Shown in pieces: positions 17,689-27,319 of a stretch of DNA of 51,000 nt (positions are counted from its first letter, which is position 1; the number at the start of each line of letters is the position of its first letter). The translations under genes and the position numbers were made by a program. The notes under the pieces were generated by a model. The model searched no databases and was not told the DNA's origin. It worked only from the letters and a program-made list of their open reading frames with translations. This DNA is from a virus (taxonomy: Duplodnaviria > Caudoviricetes): the IMG/VR virus record IMGVR_UViG_3300044648_000011, positions 1 to 51,000 of that record; one strand, 5' to 3'.

Positions 17689-18120
17689 ATGAGCTTCGAT
17701 GACATCAACCGGGAAATCAACGATCGTCGCAAGGCGATGGGTGGCGAGTGGAAGAAGCTAAATCGGGTTGAGCACGGTCGGGTTTCTGGTAAGGTTGTTC
17801 ACGTACAGGCTCGTGACAAGGTCTACGAGGGTCAGACTATTCTGATCACCAAGGGACCGAACGAGGGTAAGCCTCGCAAGGAATGGGTGTTCACTCTCGA
17901 GAACGCTGCGGGTGACAAGGTCAAGTACGCTGCGAATGAGAACGCTCAGTACGCCATCCTTCAGGCTCTTGACGGACGACAGATCGAAGAGGGTGCAATG
18001 ATCGAGGTTTGGGTAACCGAAGATCCTAAAAAGAAGACCGAACAGGCCACCTACAAGGCATCGTATGGTCCTCCGATGGGTAATGATCCTTTCGAGGGCT
18101 CTGACGAGACGCCGTTCTGA
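17689..18120 (+). CDS. putative single-stranded DNA-binding protein
   Basis: beta-rich sequence, acidic C-terminal tail ending ETPF, replication context. Confidence 0.6.
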   Translation: MSFDDINREINDRRKAMGGEWKKLNRVEHGRVSGKVVHVQARDKVYEGQTILITKGPNEGKPRKEWVFTLENAAGDKVKYAANENAQYAILQALDGRQIEEGAMIEVWVTEDPKKKTEQATYKASYGPPMGNDPFEGSDETPF

Positions 18121-18584
18121 TGGCCGACCCATTCACTCCCGATGAGGAGACCTCAGTAACTCTAACGTTGAAGGCTGACAAGGGCTATGACGCTCCCTGG
18201 CTGGTCTTCAAGGCGCCTTCTGTCCAAGACCTGAACAAGCTACTTACGGACGGTGGAGAAGACGTCAGCAGGCTACTGGCCCTCGCAACAGGGGTCAGTG
18301 TGGCTTTCATGAATCAGTACGATAAGCGGATGAATCCTCCTAAGTCTGGTGAACAGGGCAAGTCTGAAGAGGCTAAGCTTCCAAGCCAGGAAGTTGGACA
18401 GGATCCGTTCGTAAAGTCTGGCGGTTATAGTGAGCCGTATGGGATTGGAGCTAAGGGATCGCCTGAGCCTGTACGGGCCTGCCAGCATGGTAAGATGGAG
18501 CTGGTAACACACAAGGGTAAGACTGGACATGTATGTCCCTTGCCTAAGGGTTCCGAGGGTCGGTGTGAGACGATCTTCGTGTGA
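18120..18584 (+). CDS. conserved phage protein with C-terminal Cys/His knuckle
   Basis: TLKADKGYDAPWLV; CQHG...C...C; precedes Pol as in related phages. Confidence 0.7.
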   Translation: MADPFTPDEETSVTLTLKADKGYDAPWLVFKAPSVQDLNKLLTDGGEDVSRLLALATGVSVAFMNQYDKRMNPPKSGEQGKSEEAKLPSQEVGQDPFVKSGGYSEPYGIGAKGSPEPVRACQHGKMELVTHKGKTGHVCPLPKGSEGRCETIFV

Positions 18585-18680
18585 GTAATCGATCGAAGGT
18601 CTAGCACTAGATAAGAGACGGTATGCCAGAGTGCTTAAGGTCTGTCGTTCGCCTTCGATCTCTCTTTTGAAAGGAATCAC

Positions 18681-20519
18681 ATGGAGCCTACCGGGACACT
18701 AGTATTTGACATCGAGACGCATCAAAGCAAATTGCTATACTCGATGGTACCTGAAGAATTCGTACGGTTGATTGGTTATGCATGGGACGATGAAGAGCCA
18801 GTTATCACCACCGACCTCGAAGAGCTGAAAGAACAGATCCTTAAGGCACGATGGATCATCGGTCATAATATCCATGACTTCGACCTTCGCGCCGTGTTCG
18901 GAATCTACTCTGACGTTCCTATGATGCTTGCAGATCAGGGTCGAGTTTATGACACGTGGACTCATGCAGTCCTCGTGCATCCCTGTCCTTACACCTACAC
19001 AAACCGATTCGGTAAGGGCGCTAAGGGTGAGAAGCCAGAACAGATGCGATCGTGGTTCGGCCTTGACGAGCAGGCATATCAGCTTGGCGTCACAGGCAAG
19101 ACCATGGCTTTGTCAGATCTGGCATTCGAGTTTGGTGATTCCAGCCTTCCCAAGAAGGAACGCATTCTCGATGGATACGGGAAGATCCCTACCAACGACC
19201 CTCGATACCGTGAATACCTCGTAGGCGATGTCAAAGCATCTCGTGCGGTAGCGAAGAAGCTGATTGCTCGAGGTGGTTTGAATGAGTACGCGCTTCGGGA
19301 ACAAAGGATCGAATCTCGTAAGGCGGCTATCTCGTCCAACGGATTCAGAGTTGACGTCGAAGTCGCACAAGCTCGAGTAGAAAAGCTGCGAGCTAAGCGC
19401 GAAGTCATCATGAACATGCTGGTAGAGAAGTATGACTTTCCGACCGAAGGCAAACAGCCGTGGCGTTCTTCAATTGGCAAGGAAGCCATCAAGAAGGCTC
19501 TTCGAGACGCTGGTATCGACGAGGGCAGTCGTCCTCACTGGCCTAGGACTCAAGGTGGCGATCTGTCACTAGGTGGAGAAGTTCTCCTTGCCTTGACTAA
19601 GGGCACAGATGCCGAGACTCTGGGCCAGGCGTTGGCCGAGCTGATGGGTCAACGCTCGCTAGCAGAACTGGCCCTGAAGTCCACGTACGCGGACGGAAAG
19701 GTTCATCCCGAGATCTCCATGCTTCAGAAGTCTGGACGTTGGTCTACGACCGAACCAGGGCTTACAGTGTGGACTGCTCGAGGAGATGGAGCGGTTGAGA
19801 AGTCGTACTTCATCCCTGACAATGATGACCAGGTCATTATCGAGATCGACTTGAGCAACGCAGACGCTCGAGCTGTAGCCGCTTTGTCTGGCGATATGAA
19901 GTATGCCGAACGGTTCGAGCCTGGCGCAGACGGTCACTTGATCAATGCATGGGCAGCGTGGGGCAAGGATGTAGTAGGTACCGACAAGCGAGATCCTAAG
20001 ACAGCCATGTACAGGCAGAAGGCTAAGGTGCCTGGTCACGGTTGGGGCTACAAGATCGGACCTAAGAAGCTTCACCTCCAGACAGGGATGCCACTAGATG
20101 AGGCGAAGTTGTTCTTGCAAAACATGAACAAGGCGTTCTCGGGTGTGGTAGCATGGCAGAAGCGAGCTACTCAACACGCTTTGGACTATGGGTACGTGAT
20201 GAACCCGTGGGGACGGAAAATGCCGGTCGACCCTGGTCGGGAGTACACACAAGCTCCCGCTCTGCTTGGCCAGTCGGCTACTCGAGAGATCATCTGTGAT
20301 GGACTCTTGGCAATGCCGTATCACATCGTTCGCACGGTCAAGGCTCAGATCCACGATGCCTTGGTGTTCTCGGTTCCTAAGGCGAACTGGGAAGCTTGCC
20401 GAGATTACCTGCTGACTTTCATCGAGTCTTACATGGACCCGACTGGTGGACAGCGAATCGATTTCCCGGCTGGTAGTGGCCCGGCTGGCGCTAATTGGTA
20501 TGAAGCATCACACGAATGA
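18681..20519 (+). CDS. polA: DNA polymerase family A with 3'-5' exonuclease
   Basis: FDIET, GHNIHDFD, SGRWS, DLSNADAR, RQKAK...GY, QIHDAL. Confidence 0.95.
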   Translation: MEPTGTLVFDIETHQSKLLYSMVPEEFVRLIGYAWDDEEPVITTDLEELKEQILKARWIIGHNIHDFDLRAVFGIYSDVPMMLADQGRVYDTWTHAVLVHPCPYTYTNRFGKGAKGEKPEQMRSWFGLDEQAYQLGVTGKTMALSDLAFEFGDSSLPKKERILDGYGKIPTNDPRYREYLVGDVKASRAVAKKLIARGGLNEYALREQRIESRKAAISSNGFRVDVEVAQARVEKLRAKREVIMNMLVEKYDFPTEGKQPWRSSIGKEAIKKALRDAGIDEGSRPHWPRTQGGDLSLGGEVLLALTKGTDAETLGQALAELMGQRSLAELALKSTYADGKVHPEISMLQKSGRWSTTEPGLTVWTARGDGAVEKSYFIPDNDDQVIIEIDLSNADARAVAALSGDMKYAERFEPGADGHLINAWAAWGKDVVGTDKRDPKTAMYRQKAKVPGHGWGYKIGPKKLHLQTGMPLDEAKLFLQNMNKAFSGVVAWQKRATQHALDYGYVMNPWGRKMPVDPGREYTQAPALLGQSATREIICDGLLAMPYHIVRTVKAQIHDALVFSVPKANWEACRDYLLTFIESYMDPTGGQRIDFPAGSGPAGANWYEASHE

Positions 20520-20528
20520 GAGGAAGTT

Positions 20529-20951
20529 ATGAAACCCCCGCTTACTATCTTGGTAACGGGCAGTCGTTATATCGAGGACATGCAGGCGGCCGAGTCTCAA
20601 GCTCGGCTTCTGCTTGCCCAAGAAGCTGCCCTAAGAGGTCCAGAAAACATCCTTGTAGTACATGGTGCCGCTGAAGGTTGGGATCAGTTGTTTGATCGTA
20701 TCGTGACTCAGTGGACGGGTATGAATTGGTTGGCTGTCCCGGCTTGGAAGTTCGAAACTCCTTTAGTCAGAAATCAATTTATGGTTGATGTAGTTTCTGG
20801 AAATCTTGGAGCTGTAGATCATGACGTTGTGTGTTGGGCGTTTACTAACAAATGGGCGTCTGGAACTGGTCATTGCGCTCGAAGGGCTCGACTGGCCGGT
20901 ATCCCTGTGATAGACTATGGTGTACCTACTGGACCGAACGAGAGGAATTAA
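20529..20951 (+). CDS. SLOG/YspA-like (DUF2493) protein
   Basis: ILVTGSR, VVHGAA.G.D, RNQ.MV, SGT..C...A. Confidence 0.75.
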   Translation: MKPPLTILVTGSRYIEDMQAAESQARLLLAQEAALRGPENILVVHGAAEGWDQLFDRIVTQWTGMNWLAVPAWKFETPLVRNQFMVDVVSGNLGAVDHDVVCWAFTNKWASGTGHCARRARLAGIPVIDYGVPTGPNERN

Positions 20952-20952
20952 C

Positions 20953-21159
20953 ATGGCAAGCACTCTTGAATTGGTGACAGACATCGAACTACTGAAGGAA
21001 GAGCTTCGAGAGGTCGGAGTTGCTTTCGAGCGACTTTCTAACGCTGTGCTGAATGCCACGAAGGCTCTAGATGACCTGAGCGAGGTTCCTCTAATGGATC
21101 TGGAAGATAGTATTCAGATCATCGCTGATGCTCTTCGAAACGCGAACGGCCGAGCGTAA
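20953..21159 (+). CDS. hypothetical coiled-coil protein
   Basis: GAGG RBS. Confidence 0.6.
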   Translation: MASTLELVTDIELLKEELREVGVAFERLSNAVLNATKALDDLSEVPLMDLEDSIQIIADALRNANGRA

Positions 21160-21593
21160 TGGTACCCGACCCTATAGAGCGTTTCATTACCAAGGATTCG
21201 GGTAAGCGGGCCTCGTTCTCGAATGGCGGGGTCCGCGACACCCAGGATGGTAAACCACGGTTTGATTTGGTCCTGGCTAAGACCGTGCCTTACGATCGAC
21301 AGATGCTTACTCGCTGGGCAGCGTTGATGGCTCGAGGAGCCGAGAAGTATTCGGATCGGAACTGGGAACAGTTCAGCGATCAAGACGCACTCGATCGAGC
21401 AATAGCATCGGCTGTTCGTCACATGATCCAGTGGGCAACTGGTGAAGACGACGAAGACCATGCCGCTGCTGTCTATTTCAACGTAATGGCTGCTGAGTAC
21501 GTCAAGGGTGTCCTAAACGGTGACTGGCCTGCCCTGTCTGCTGAAGACCACACACGAGTCCTACAGGCTATCGAGAGGCTGGAAACCCCATGA
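21159..21593 (+). CDS. dATP/dGTP diphosphohydrolase (DUF5664-like)
   Basis: GGVRDTQDGKPRFDL, GAEKYSDRNWE, RH..W..GEDDEDHAAA. Confidence 0.85.
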   Translation: MVPDPIERFITKDSGKRASFSNGGVRDTQDGKPRFDLVLAKTVPYDRQMLTRWAALMARGAEKYSDRNWEQFSDQDALDRAIASAVRHMIQWATGEDDEDHAAAVYFNVMAAEYVKGVLNGDWPALSAEDHTRVLQAIERLETP

Positions 21594-21811
21594 CTCAACC
21601 AGAGTTGCAATACCTACATCATCTACAACGTGCTGATGAACTGCTCCAAGAAGCCGAATCTAGGATGCGCCCTGGCAACACGTTCGATAGTATTCAAGAG
21701 CCCCTAATTAAGGCTCATCTAGAATTGATGAAGGCTCTTAGTACTGCTACCCGCATAATCATCGAGCTTACTACGATACCGCCACGAGTTGTATTTATGG
21801 AGGATTTGTGA
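21590..21811 (+). CDS. hypothetical protein
   Basis: ATGA overlap. Confidence 0.6.
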   Translation: MTQPELQYLHHLQRADELLQEAESRMRPGNTFDSIQEPLIKAHLELMKALSTATRIIIELTTIPPRVVFMEDL

Positions 21812-22206
21812 CCACGACAATCGAACAGCTTTCATTCCAGCTAGAGCCCCCACGCGGTAAGCTGCTTTGGGCAGCCGTAGATCTGGATGGCACACTGGCT
21901 GAAGGCGTATGGACTGCCGACAACCCTACTGCCGATATCGGACCAGTTAAAGTTTACAAGAATGGCCGGACAGCTAAGGATCTAGCAATCGAGCTAGTCA
22001 AAGCCGGCTATAAAATTGTAGTACATACGGCTCGTTCATGGACAGATTATGAAAACATCGAGAAGTGGCTAAACCACAATGAGATTCCCTTTCGGGGTAT
22101 CGTGTGTGGTAAGCTGCTGGCAGCGATGTATATCGATGACCGAGCTATCTCGGCTTTCGAATACTCGTGGCTCCCCGAGAACCAACCAGGAAGGAATAAG
22201 CCATGA
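21808..22206 (+). CDS. HAD-superfamily phosphatase (capless)
   Basis: VDLDGTL, HTAR, GK...YIDDR. Confidence 0.85.
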   Translation: MTTTIEQLSFQLEPPRGKLLWAAVDLDGTLAEGVWTADNPTADIGPVKVYKNGRTAKDLAIELVKAGYKIVVHTARSWTDYENIEKWLNHNEIPFRGIVCGKLLAAMYIDDRAISAFEYSWLPENQPGRNKP

Positions 22207-22378
22207 CCGTTCAGATTCCCCTGAGGAAGCGATACTGTTCGGATTTTACGCCTAAGCGAACAGGTGCAGGCAGTAACGACAGTGGTAAGCCTCGCAGGCG
22301 ACTGCGTAAGCCGGCTCCAGTGTCTCGAATCCGTACCAAGGTGTTGGGTGCCGACATGAAGATTCATTGGGAGGGCTG

Positions 22379-22561
22379 ATGCAGAAGCTTACCCAATATG
22401 CCAACTACAACGGTGACGTGACCCACATCGTAGGCGAGAGCTTTACGTGTCCACGACTTGCGCACCCGCAGTCAACCATGCTACGATGGGTAGCAACAGA
22501 CGCAGTGTATAACTTCTCAACCGATCGTACCCGCGTAGAATTTGATGGAGAGGAGATCTAA
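22379..22561 (+). CDS. hypothetical protein
   Basis: GGAGG RBS. Confidence 0.55.
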   Translation: MQKLTQYANYNGDVTHIVGESFTCPRLAHPQSTMLRWVATDAVYNFSTDRTRVEFDGEEI

Positions 22562-22681
22562 AGTGCACCCTGCGGCAGAGATTTTGATCTGGGCAGGCAC
22601 TGCCACAGTTCTTATCATTTTGGTGGGGCTGGTAACGGCAGTTGTTATCGGAGTTACTCGATCCATTAAAGAGAGGAAGCG

Positions 22682-22876
22682 ATGAGTCTTAAGGTGGAGG
22701 TCATCCTCCGGAATACGTATGATGATGGTCGAACCGAGGACCACCCAATGGCAGACGTTACCTTGGCAGACCAGACAGAGATGATCAAAGTCTGCTACAT
22801 GCTGGTTGCAGTCGCAGACATGATCGCGCAGGTGACGTTGGAAAAGGTCTTGGGTGTTAAGGCAGAAGATGACTAA
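22682..22876 (+). CDS. hypothetical protein
   Basis: ORF with RBS. Confidence 0.6.
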   Translation: MSLKVEVILRNTYDDGRTEDHPMADVTLADQTEMIKVCYMLVAVADMIAQVTLEKVLGVKAEDD

Positions 22877-23132
22877 GATCCTGTATATCTTTGGAGAGGA
22901 CTACGCGGCAGTAACATTCGATAACCTTGCTGAACGAGGCATCGTTACAGCCGAGGAACTGTGGAACACTGCACATTATGAGGGTGCTTCATGTAGGTAT
23001 TCCGAAGGAGATGACGTGTTCGAGTATCAGGCTCTATTGTTCGAAGACGTTGATTCGGATTTCATTGCCTTCGTTCAATTTGAACTGGTAGACTATGATG
23101 CGTCGAAGACGGCAAACATTTATGTAGTGTAG
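22869..23132 (+). CDS. hypothetical acidic protein
   Basis: overlapping ORF. Confidence 0.6.
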   Translation: MTKILYIFGEDYAAVTFDNLAERGIVTAEELWNTAHYEGASCRYSEGDDVFEYQALLFEDVDSDFIAFVQFELVDYDASKTANIYVV

Positions 23133-23184
23133 CGACATGGACCGGTCCGGCCCTTTGGGGTCGGGCCTTTCCGGAGAGGAAGCT

Positions 23185-24249
23185 ATGAAGCTTAACCAGC
23201 TAATCAATCCAGACCTTATGCGTCGTATGCTCGAGGGTGGATTCATTCGCAAGCAGAAGCACCCGAGCCTGGATCTGTACATCTACAACTACAGCGAGAA
23301 GGCTCAGTTCTCCAAGATGTGGAATACAGCTACCCTGGCTTGTCGAGGACTGATCGTGGATGGCGAAGGCAACATCGTTGCTCGCCCCTTCCCCAAGTTC
23401 TTCAACTGGGAGGAACCTAAGCCTAAGGGCAAGAAGTTTCAGATGAGCCTAGACGAACCTGTCGTTGTCACAGACAAGATGGATGGATCTCTAGGTATCC
23501 TGTATCGGGCTGTGCCCGGATCGAAGACGGTAACTAGAATCGCCACGCGAGGAAGCTTCGAGAGCGAACAGGCTAAGCGAGGTACTGAGATCCTAGGTAC
23601 TAAATATTCACACTTCTATCCGCCTGATGGTTGGACCATGCTCTTCGAGATCATCTATCCGGAGAACCGTATTGTACTTGACTACGGCGACATGGAAGAC
23701 CTCGTATTGCTCGGAGGGGTAGACATCGAGAGTGGCACCATAGTCGGCCCTGAGAGCTTCCCTAGGTGGTTCGGCCCCAAGACTCAGACCTTCCCCTACA
23801 AGACTCTACGAGAGGCCCTTAGCGTGGCTCCTAGGCCGGGTAAAGAGGGTTTGGTAGTAAGGTCGCTCATGGATGATTTGATGATCAAGCTTAAGCAGGC
23901 TGACTACATAGAGCTGCACAAGATCGTAACCGGTCTGAACGAGCGTGTGATCTGGGAGCGGCTGTCTGAGGGACGAGACGCCTTCGAAGGCATCCCGGAT
24001 GAGTGGCACAAGTGGGTTCAAGAAGTCGCTGAACCGTTGCTGCAAGCTCATGGTGAGCTAAGGATGGCTGCCTGGGGCGAATGGCTTAAGGTTCGTCACC
24101 TAGTCAACAATCGTCGTGCTTTTGCGATGGCCGTCAAGGACTTGACACCGTGGCTCAAAACTGTTATGTTTCTCTGGGCAGACGGGAAGGACGCACATCC
24201 ATTCCTGTGGAAGCAGGTCAAGCCGAGAGGAGACAAGACGGATGGCTGA
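23185..24249 (+). CDS. RNA ligase, T4 Rnl1-like
   Basis: CRGLI, PFPKFFN, motif I DKMDGSLG, ATRGSF, LFEII, EGLV, IKLK. Confidence 0.92.
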   Translation: MKLNQLINPDLMRRMLEGGFIRKQKHPSLDLYIYNYSEKAQFSKMWNTATLACRGLIVDGEGNIVARPFPKFFNWEEPKPKGKKFQMSLDEPVVVTDKMDGSLGILYRAVPGSKTVTRIATRGSFESEQAKRGTEILGTKYSHFYPPDGWTMLFEIIYPENRIVLDYGDMEDLVLLGGVDIESGTIVGPESFPRWFGPKTQTFPYKTLREALSVAPRPGKEGLVVRSLMDDLMIKLKQADYIELHKIVTGLNERVIWERLSEGRDAFEGIPDEWHKWVQEVAEPLLQAHGELRMAAWGEWLKVRHLVNNRRAFAMAVKDLTPWLKTVMFLWADGKDAHPFLWKQVKPRGDKTDG

Positions 24250-24430
24250 ACATCTGGTCGGTGTGTTCAACACCAGTACAGGCGGTTGCATCGCCGAGTG
24301 TGGCGAGTGTGGTGACAAGATTTCGGCGGGTAATGAGGGTCGAGTCAAGAACCGTATGTCTTCTCACTACAAGAAGAAGCACCCTGAGCACACTGTTAAG
24401 TTCAAGCGATACGATTGGAACCGCTCATGA
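24242..24430 (+). CDS. small zinc-finger protein (C-x2-C-x18-H-x4-H)
   Basis: CGEC...HYKKKH. Confidence 0.7.
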   Translation: MAEHLVGVFNTSTGGCIAECGECGDKISAGNEGRVKNRMSSHYKKKHPEHTVKFKRYDWNRS

Positions 24431-24726
24431 CAGACGAAGTCGAGTACGAATACTATCTGGAATATAGGTATCTGATCACCAATCAGTACAACTTCAAGGA
24501 TGGAGTTTGGGAAAAGGTAGGAGATGCTGAGTGGAGTAATTGGCGCGATGCTTCTGGATACAACAAGAAGGGATCGACTTACTCAAAGCTTAGTGCTGTA
24601 AAGGGTGTAATCACCGGGCACCAGCGAAACGTGAACAGATATCAAAACACTAAATACGATCTAGAGTTTCGATTGTTCCGTCGCCCTGTTCTCACTCCGC
24701 CTCCCTGGGAGCCTTGTGATGTCTGA
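24427..24726 (+). CDS. hypothetical protein
   Basis: ATGA overlap. Confidence 0.65.
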   Translation: MTDEVEYEYYLEYRYLITNQYNFKDGVWEKVGDAEWSNWRDASGYNKKGSTYSKLSAVKGVITGHQRNVNRYQNTKYDLEFRLFRRPVLTPPPWEPCDV

Positions 24727-24876
24727 CAAAAAGAATCGTCGTAAGGGTGACAACGACTCGGACAAGACCGTGCGTATACAACCAGTTAAGAAGGTCGTAG
24801 AAGAGTGGTTCAGCGACGAGAAGGATGGAACTGAACCGCCTACGGGTAAGCGAAAGAAGAATGGGGAGGAAAAGAA

Positions 24877-25785
24877 ATGAGTGGTACGCTCGTAATCTTT
24901 CGAGGGTTGCCGGCTAGTGGTAAGACAACTCGAGCTAAGCTTTTGCGGGCAAGCTCTGGAGGTCGTCTCGTCGGTCGTGACCATCTGCGTGTGATCCTAG
25001 GTGCTGAAGGGCTCGGAACACCAAAGCAAGAAGCCGAGGTGACTGCGCTTCAGGATCGTCTCATCGCTCAAGGCTTGCAGAATGACGAGTACGTATACGT
25101 CGATGATCAGAACCTGAAATCAGTGTATGTGTCTCGGCTGATTGGCCTTGCCCAGAAGTACAACGCCTTCTACGTGATTGAGGACATGACTTTCCTGGAC
25201 GTTGTGACCTGTCTAGAGCGCAACGAAGGTCGGGAACGTAGGGTCCCGGCTGAGCTGATCGTTACCAACTACGAAAAGTATGTCAAGGGTAAGACATACC
25301 CCCTTCCCGTCCCTAAGGGAAAGCTAAGCTCTCCGTATCTTCCTCCTGAGCCTTATGTTCCTCCTACAGGAGGCATCAAAGCTGTGTTGGTGGACGTAGA
25401 CGGCACAGTAGCTGACCACACGGGGATTCGAGGGCATCACGAGTACGACAAAGTTGGTCTAGACCTTCCCAAGTACGATGTCATCAAGATGGTTCGGGCG
25501 GCATTGGAAGCTGGATACACGCCAATCTTCCTGTCCGGTCGTCCCGAGAAGTCTCGATACGATACCCGACAGTGGTTGAACAGGCATGTGACTACAGCAG
25601 GATCTCTGCTGATGCGTCAGGACGGCGACCACCGGGCTGATTACATCGTCAAGAAGGAACTGTTCGACGAGTACGTTCGGAACACCTACCGTGTAGCGGT
25701 AGCTTTCGACGATCGCAATCAGGTGGTTGACATGTACCGAGAGATGGGTCTTACGGTTCTCCAAGTCGCTGAAGGGAACTTCTGA
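24877..25785 (+). CDS. pnk: polynucleotide 5'-kinase/3'-phosphatase (PseT-like)
   Basis: GLPASGKT...RD kinase domain; DVDGT, SGR, FDDRNQVV phosphatase domain. Confidence 0.93.
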   Translation: MSGTLVIFRGLPASGKTTRAKLLRASSGGRLVGRDHLRVILGAEGLGTPKQEAEVTALQDRLIAQGLQNDEYVYVDDQNLKSVYVSRLIGLAQKYNAFYVIEDMTFLDVVTCLERNEGRERRVPAELIVTNYEKYVKGKTYPLPVPKGKLSSPYLPPEPYVPPTGGIKAVLVDVDGTVADHTGIRGHHEYDKVGLDLPKYDVIKMVRAALEAGYTPIFLSGRPEKSRYDTRQWLNRHVTTAGSLLMRQDGDHRADYIVKKELFDEYVRNTYRVAVAFDDRNQVVDMYREMGLTVLQVAEGNF

Positions 25786-26012
25786 TGACCGATGCACAAG
25801 AATGGAAGGCCAAGGCTGACCGTCTCCTCTATGAGCGCTGGTACGTCATTCCCAACGATGTTGTAGGTGGATGGTCTATCGCCGCAATAAACAAGCCGGT
25901 AAGCGAGATCATCGGATTGGAACATATAATTGCGGATGATGTACTGACTCAAGAGATCGCTAGCTATATTGTAGCTGTGCATAACTACCGACTCGGACAG
26001 TCCGATGGTTGA
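25785..26012 (+). CDS. hypothetical protein
   Basis: TGATG coupling; A.YIVA.HN end. Confidence 0.7.
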   Translation: MTDAQEWKAKADRLLYERWYVIPNDVVGGWSIAAINKPVSEIIGLEHIIADDVLTQEIASYIVAVHNYRLGQSDG

Positions 26013-26170
26013 TGTTGTCTGGACTGTCATGATAATCATCATCCTCGTAGTAATTCTCGGACTGTGGCTAACCAGCCCGTAAGACCAGTTCCTAGACCTT
26101 GTCCTCCACACCCCCATGCTAAGTTAATCAAGGGGGTGTGGAGGTGCACGGTATGCAGAAAGAAGGTACG

Positions 26171-26326
26171 ATGAGTACTAAACCTTGGATGGTTCGACGT
26201 TCTGGAGAAACTCAAAGCGAGCAGATCGATCGATTGAATCGAACTTGCTATCACTGCGGTAAGTTCTTCCGACAAGTCTCTGAATGCAATAAACACGAAA
26301 CGGAATGCGAGAAGAGGCCACATTGA
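26171..26326 (+). CDS. small zinc-finger protein (C-x2-C-x12-H-x3-C)
   Basis: CYHCGKFF...HETEC. Confidence 0.65.
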   Translation: MSTKPWMVRRSGETQSEQIDRLNRTCYHCGKFFRQVSECNKHETECEKRPH

Positions 26327-26586
26327 CTTTTGAACAAATCCTCGTCGTGTGCTTCTCCGTAGGCAACCTTACCGGCATGATTCTTAACGTTAAGAAGATC
26401 CCGGCGGGTTGGGGCTTTGTGGCATTCGCTCAAGGCTCTATGGGTCTTTACCTCGCTGTAACAGGCAACTGGCAAGAAGGAATCGCCCAGTACGGATGTC
26501 TTGCCATTTCGCTCTGGGGCCTGTATGCTTGGACCTATCAGCGAAAGGAGAAGGCTCGTGACGATGGGGAGCAAGAGGAAGTTTAA
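26323..26586 (+). CDS. small multi-pass membrane protein, PnuC-like
   Basis: three hydrophobic segments, KK...GW...WGLYAW. Confidence 0.55.
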   Translation: MTFEQILVVCFSVGNLTGMILNVKKIPAGWGFVAFAQGSMGLYLAVTGNWQEGIAQYGCLAISLWGLYAWTYQRKEKARDDGEQEEV

Positions 26587-26771
26587 GGACTGGATTGACG
26601 ACTACGGCACCAAGGTAGGACGCCGTTGGGCCAAGCACCACACTCGTCGTCTCGACCGTATCGAGGGCAAGGAACAGATCCAAGAACAGCTCGAAGACGA
26701 CAATAACGTGAACTACAACGTCGGCATTGCCAACTGGGTATTGGACATGAATCGATAATAAAAGGAGAGAA

Positions 26772-26987
26772 ATGGGCGCTAAGGACTGGCCGAATATCAA
26801 GTACACCAAGCGTCGGGCTAAACGTCATATCAATGTCAAAGGCGTGACCAAGATGCCTTGTGGCCACGAGATCGACGAGATGTTTCGAGGCGAGACCGAA
26901 GAACGAGCTAAGCGTGTAGCTAAAGAACAGATCGAACTCCAAGGCAACGGCCACCTGAGATGGTGCAAGGATTGTAAGAACTCTTAA
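26772..26987 (+). CDS. small Cys/His-containing protein
   Basis: AAGGAG RBS; PCGH...H..WCKDC. Confidence 0.7.
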   Translation: MGAKDWPNIKYTKRRAKRHINVKGVTKMPCGHEIDEMFRGETEERAKRVAKEQIELQGNGHLRWCKDCKNS

Positions 26988-26991
26988 ACGA

Positions 26992-27056
26992 CAAAAAGCC
27001 CCCTTAGGAACCTTGAGCTTAATGCTCTTGGAACCTAAGGGGGCTTATTTTTATTT
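26992..27056. terminator. bidirectional intrinsic terminator at the arm junction
   Basis: A-tract, GCCCCCTTAGG...CCTAAGGGGGC, T-tract between convergent genes. Confidence 0.85.
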
Positions 27057-27064
27057 GTCTAAAA

Positions 27065-27298
27065 TCAATCCTTGCGCTTGTTCTTTGCGCCGAACACTGC
27101 ACCTACAGTAGCGACCGCAGTCAGAACAGCCGTTAGCAGCGTACCGCCTTCAGCCCAACTGATACTCCCGTCCGCTACAGACGTGATGAACAGTGCAAGA
27201 ACACCAGCGGCCGACGTACCAGCCGCCCACACGGCCTTCGCAGCAGTGTAAACAGGCTCCGGTACAGGAACCTTCAGATCAGGATTGGGGACCGTCAT
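27065..27298 (-). CDS. holin
   Basis: two TM segments, AAKAV.A, DG.IS..E, basic C-terminus; directly after endolysin. Confidence 0.8.
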   Translation of the reverse strand: MTVPNPDLKVPVPEPVYTAAKAVWAAGTSAAGVLALFITSVADGSISWAEGGTLLTAVLTAVATVGAVFGAKNKRKD

Positions 27299-27319
27299 TA
27301 CATTATCTCCTTAGTTATC

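Noticed and set aside
21159-21593. Z-genome (2-aminoadenine) pathway
   Set aside because: No PurZ homologue recognisable in the window.
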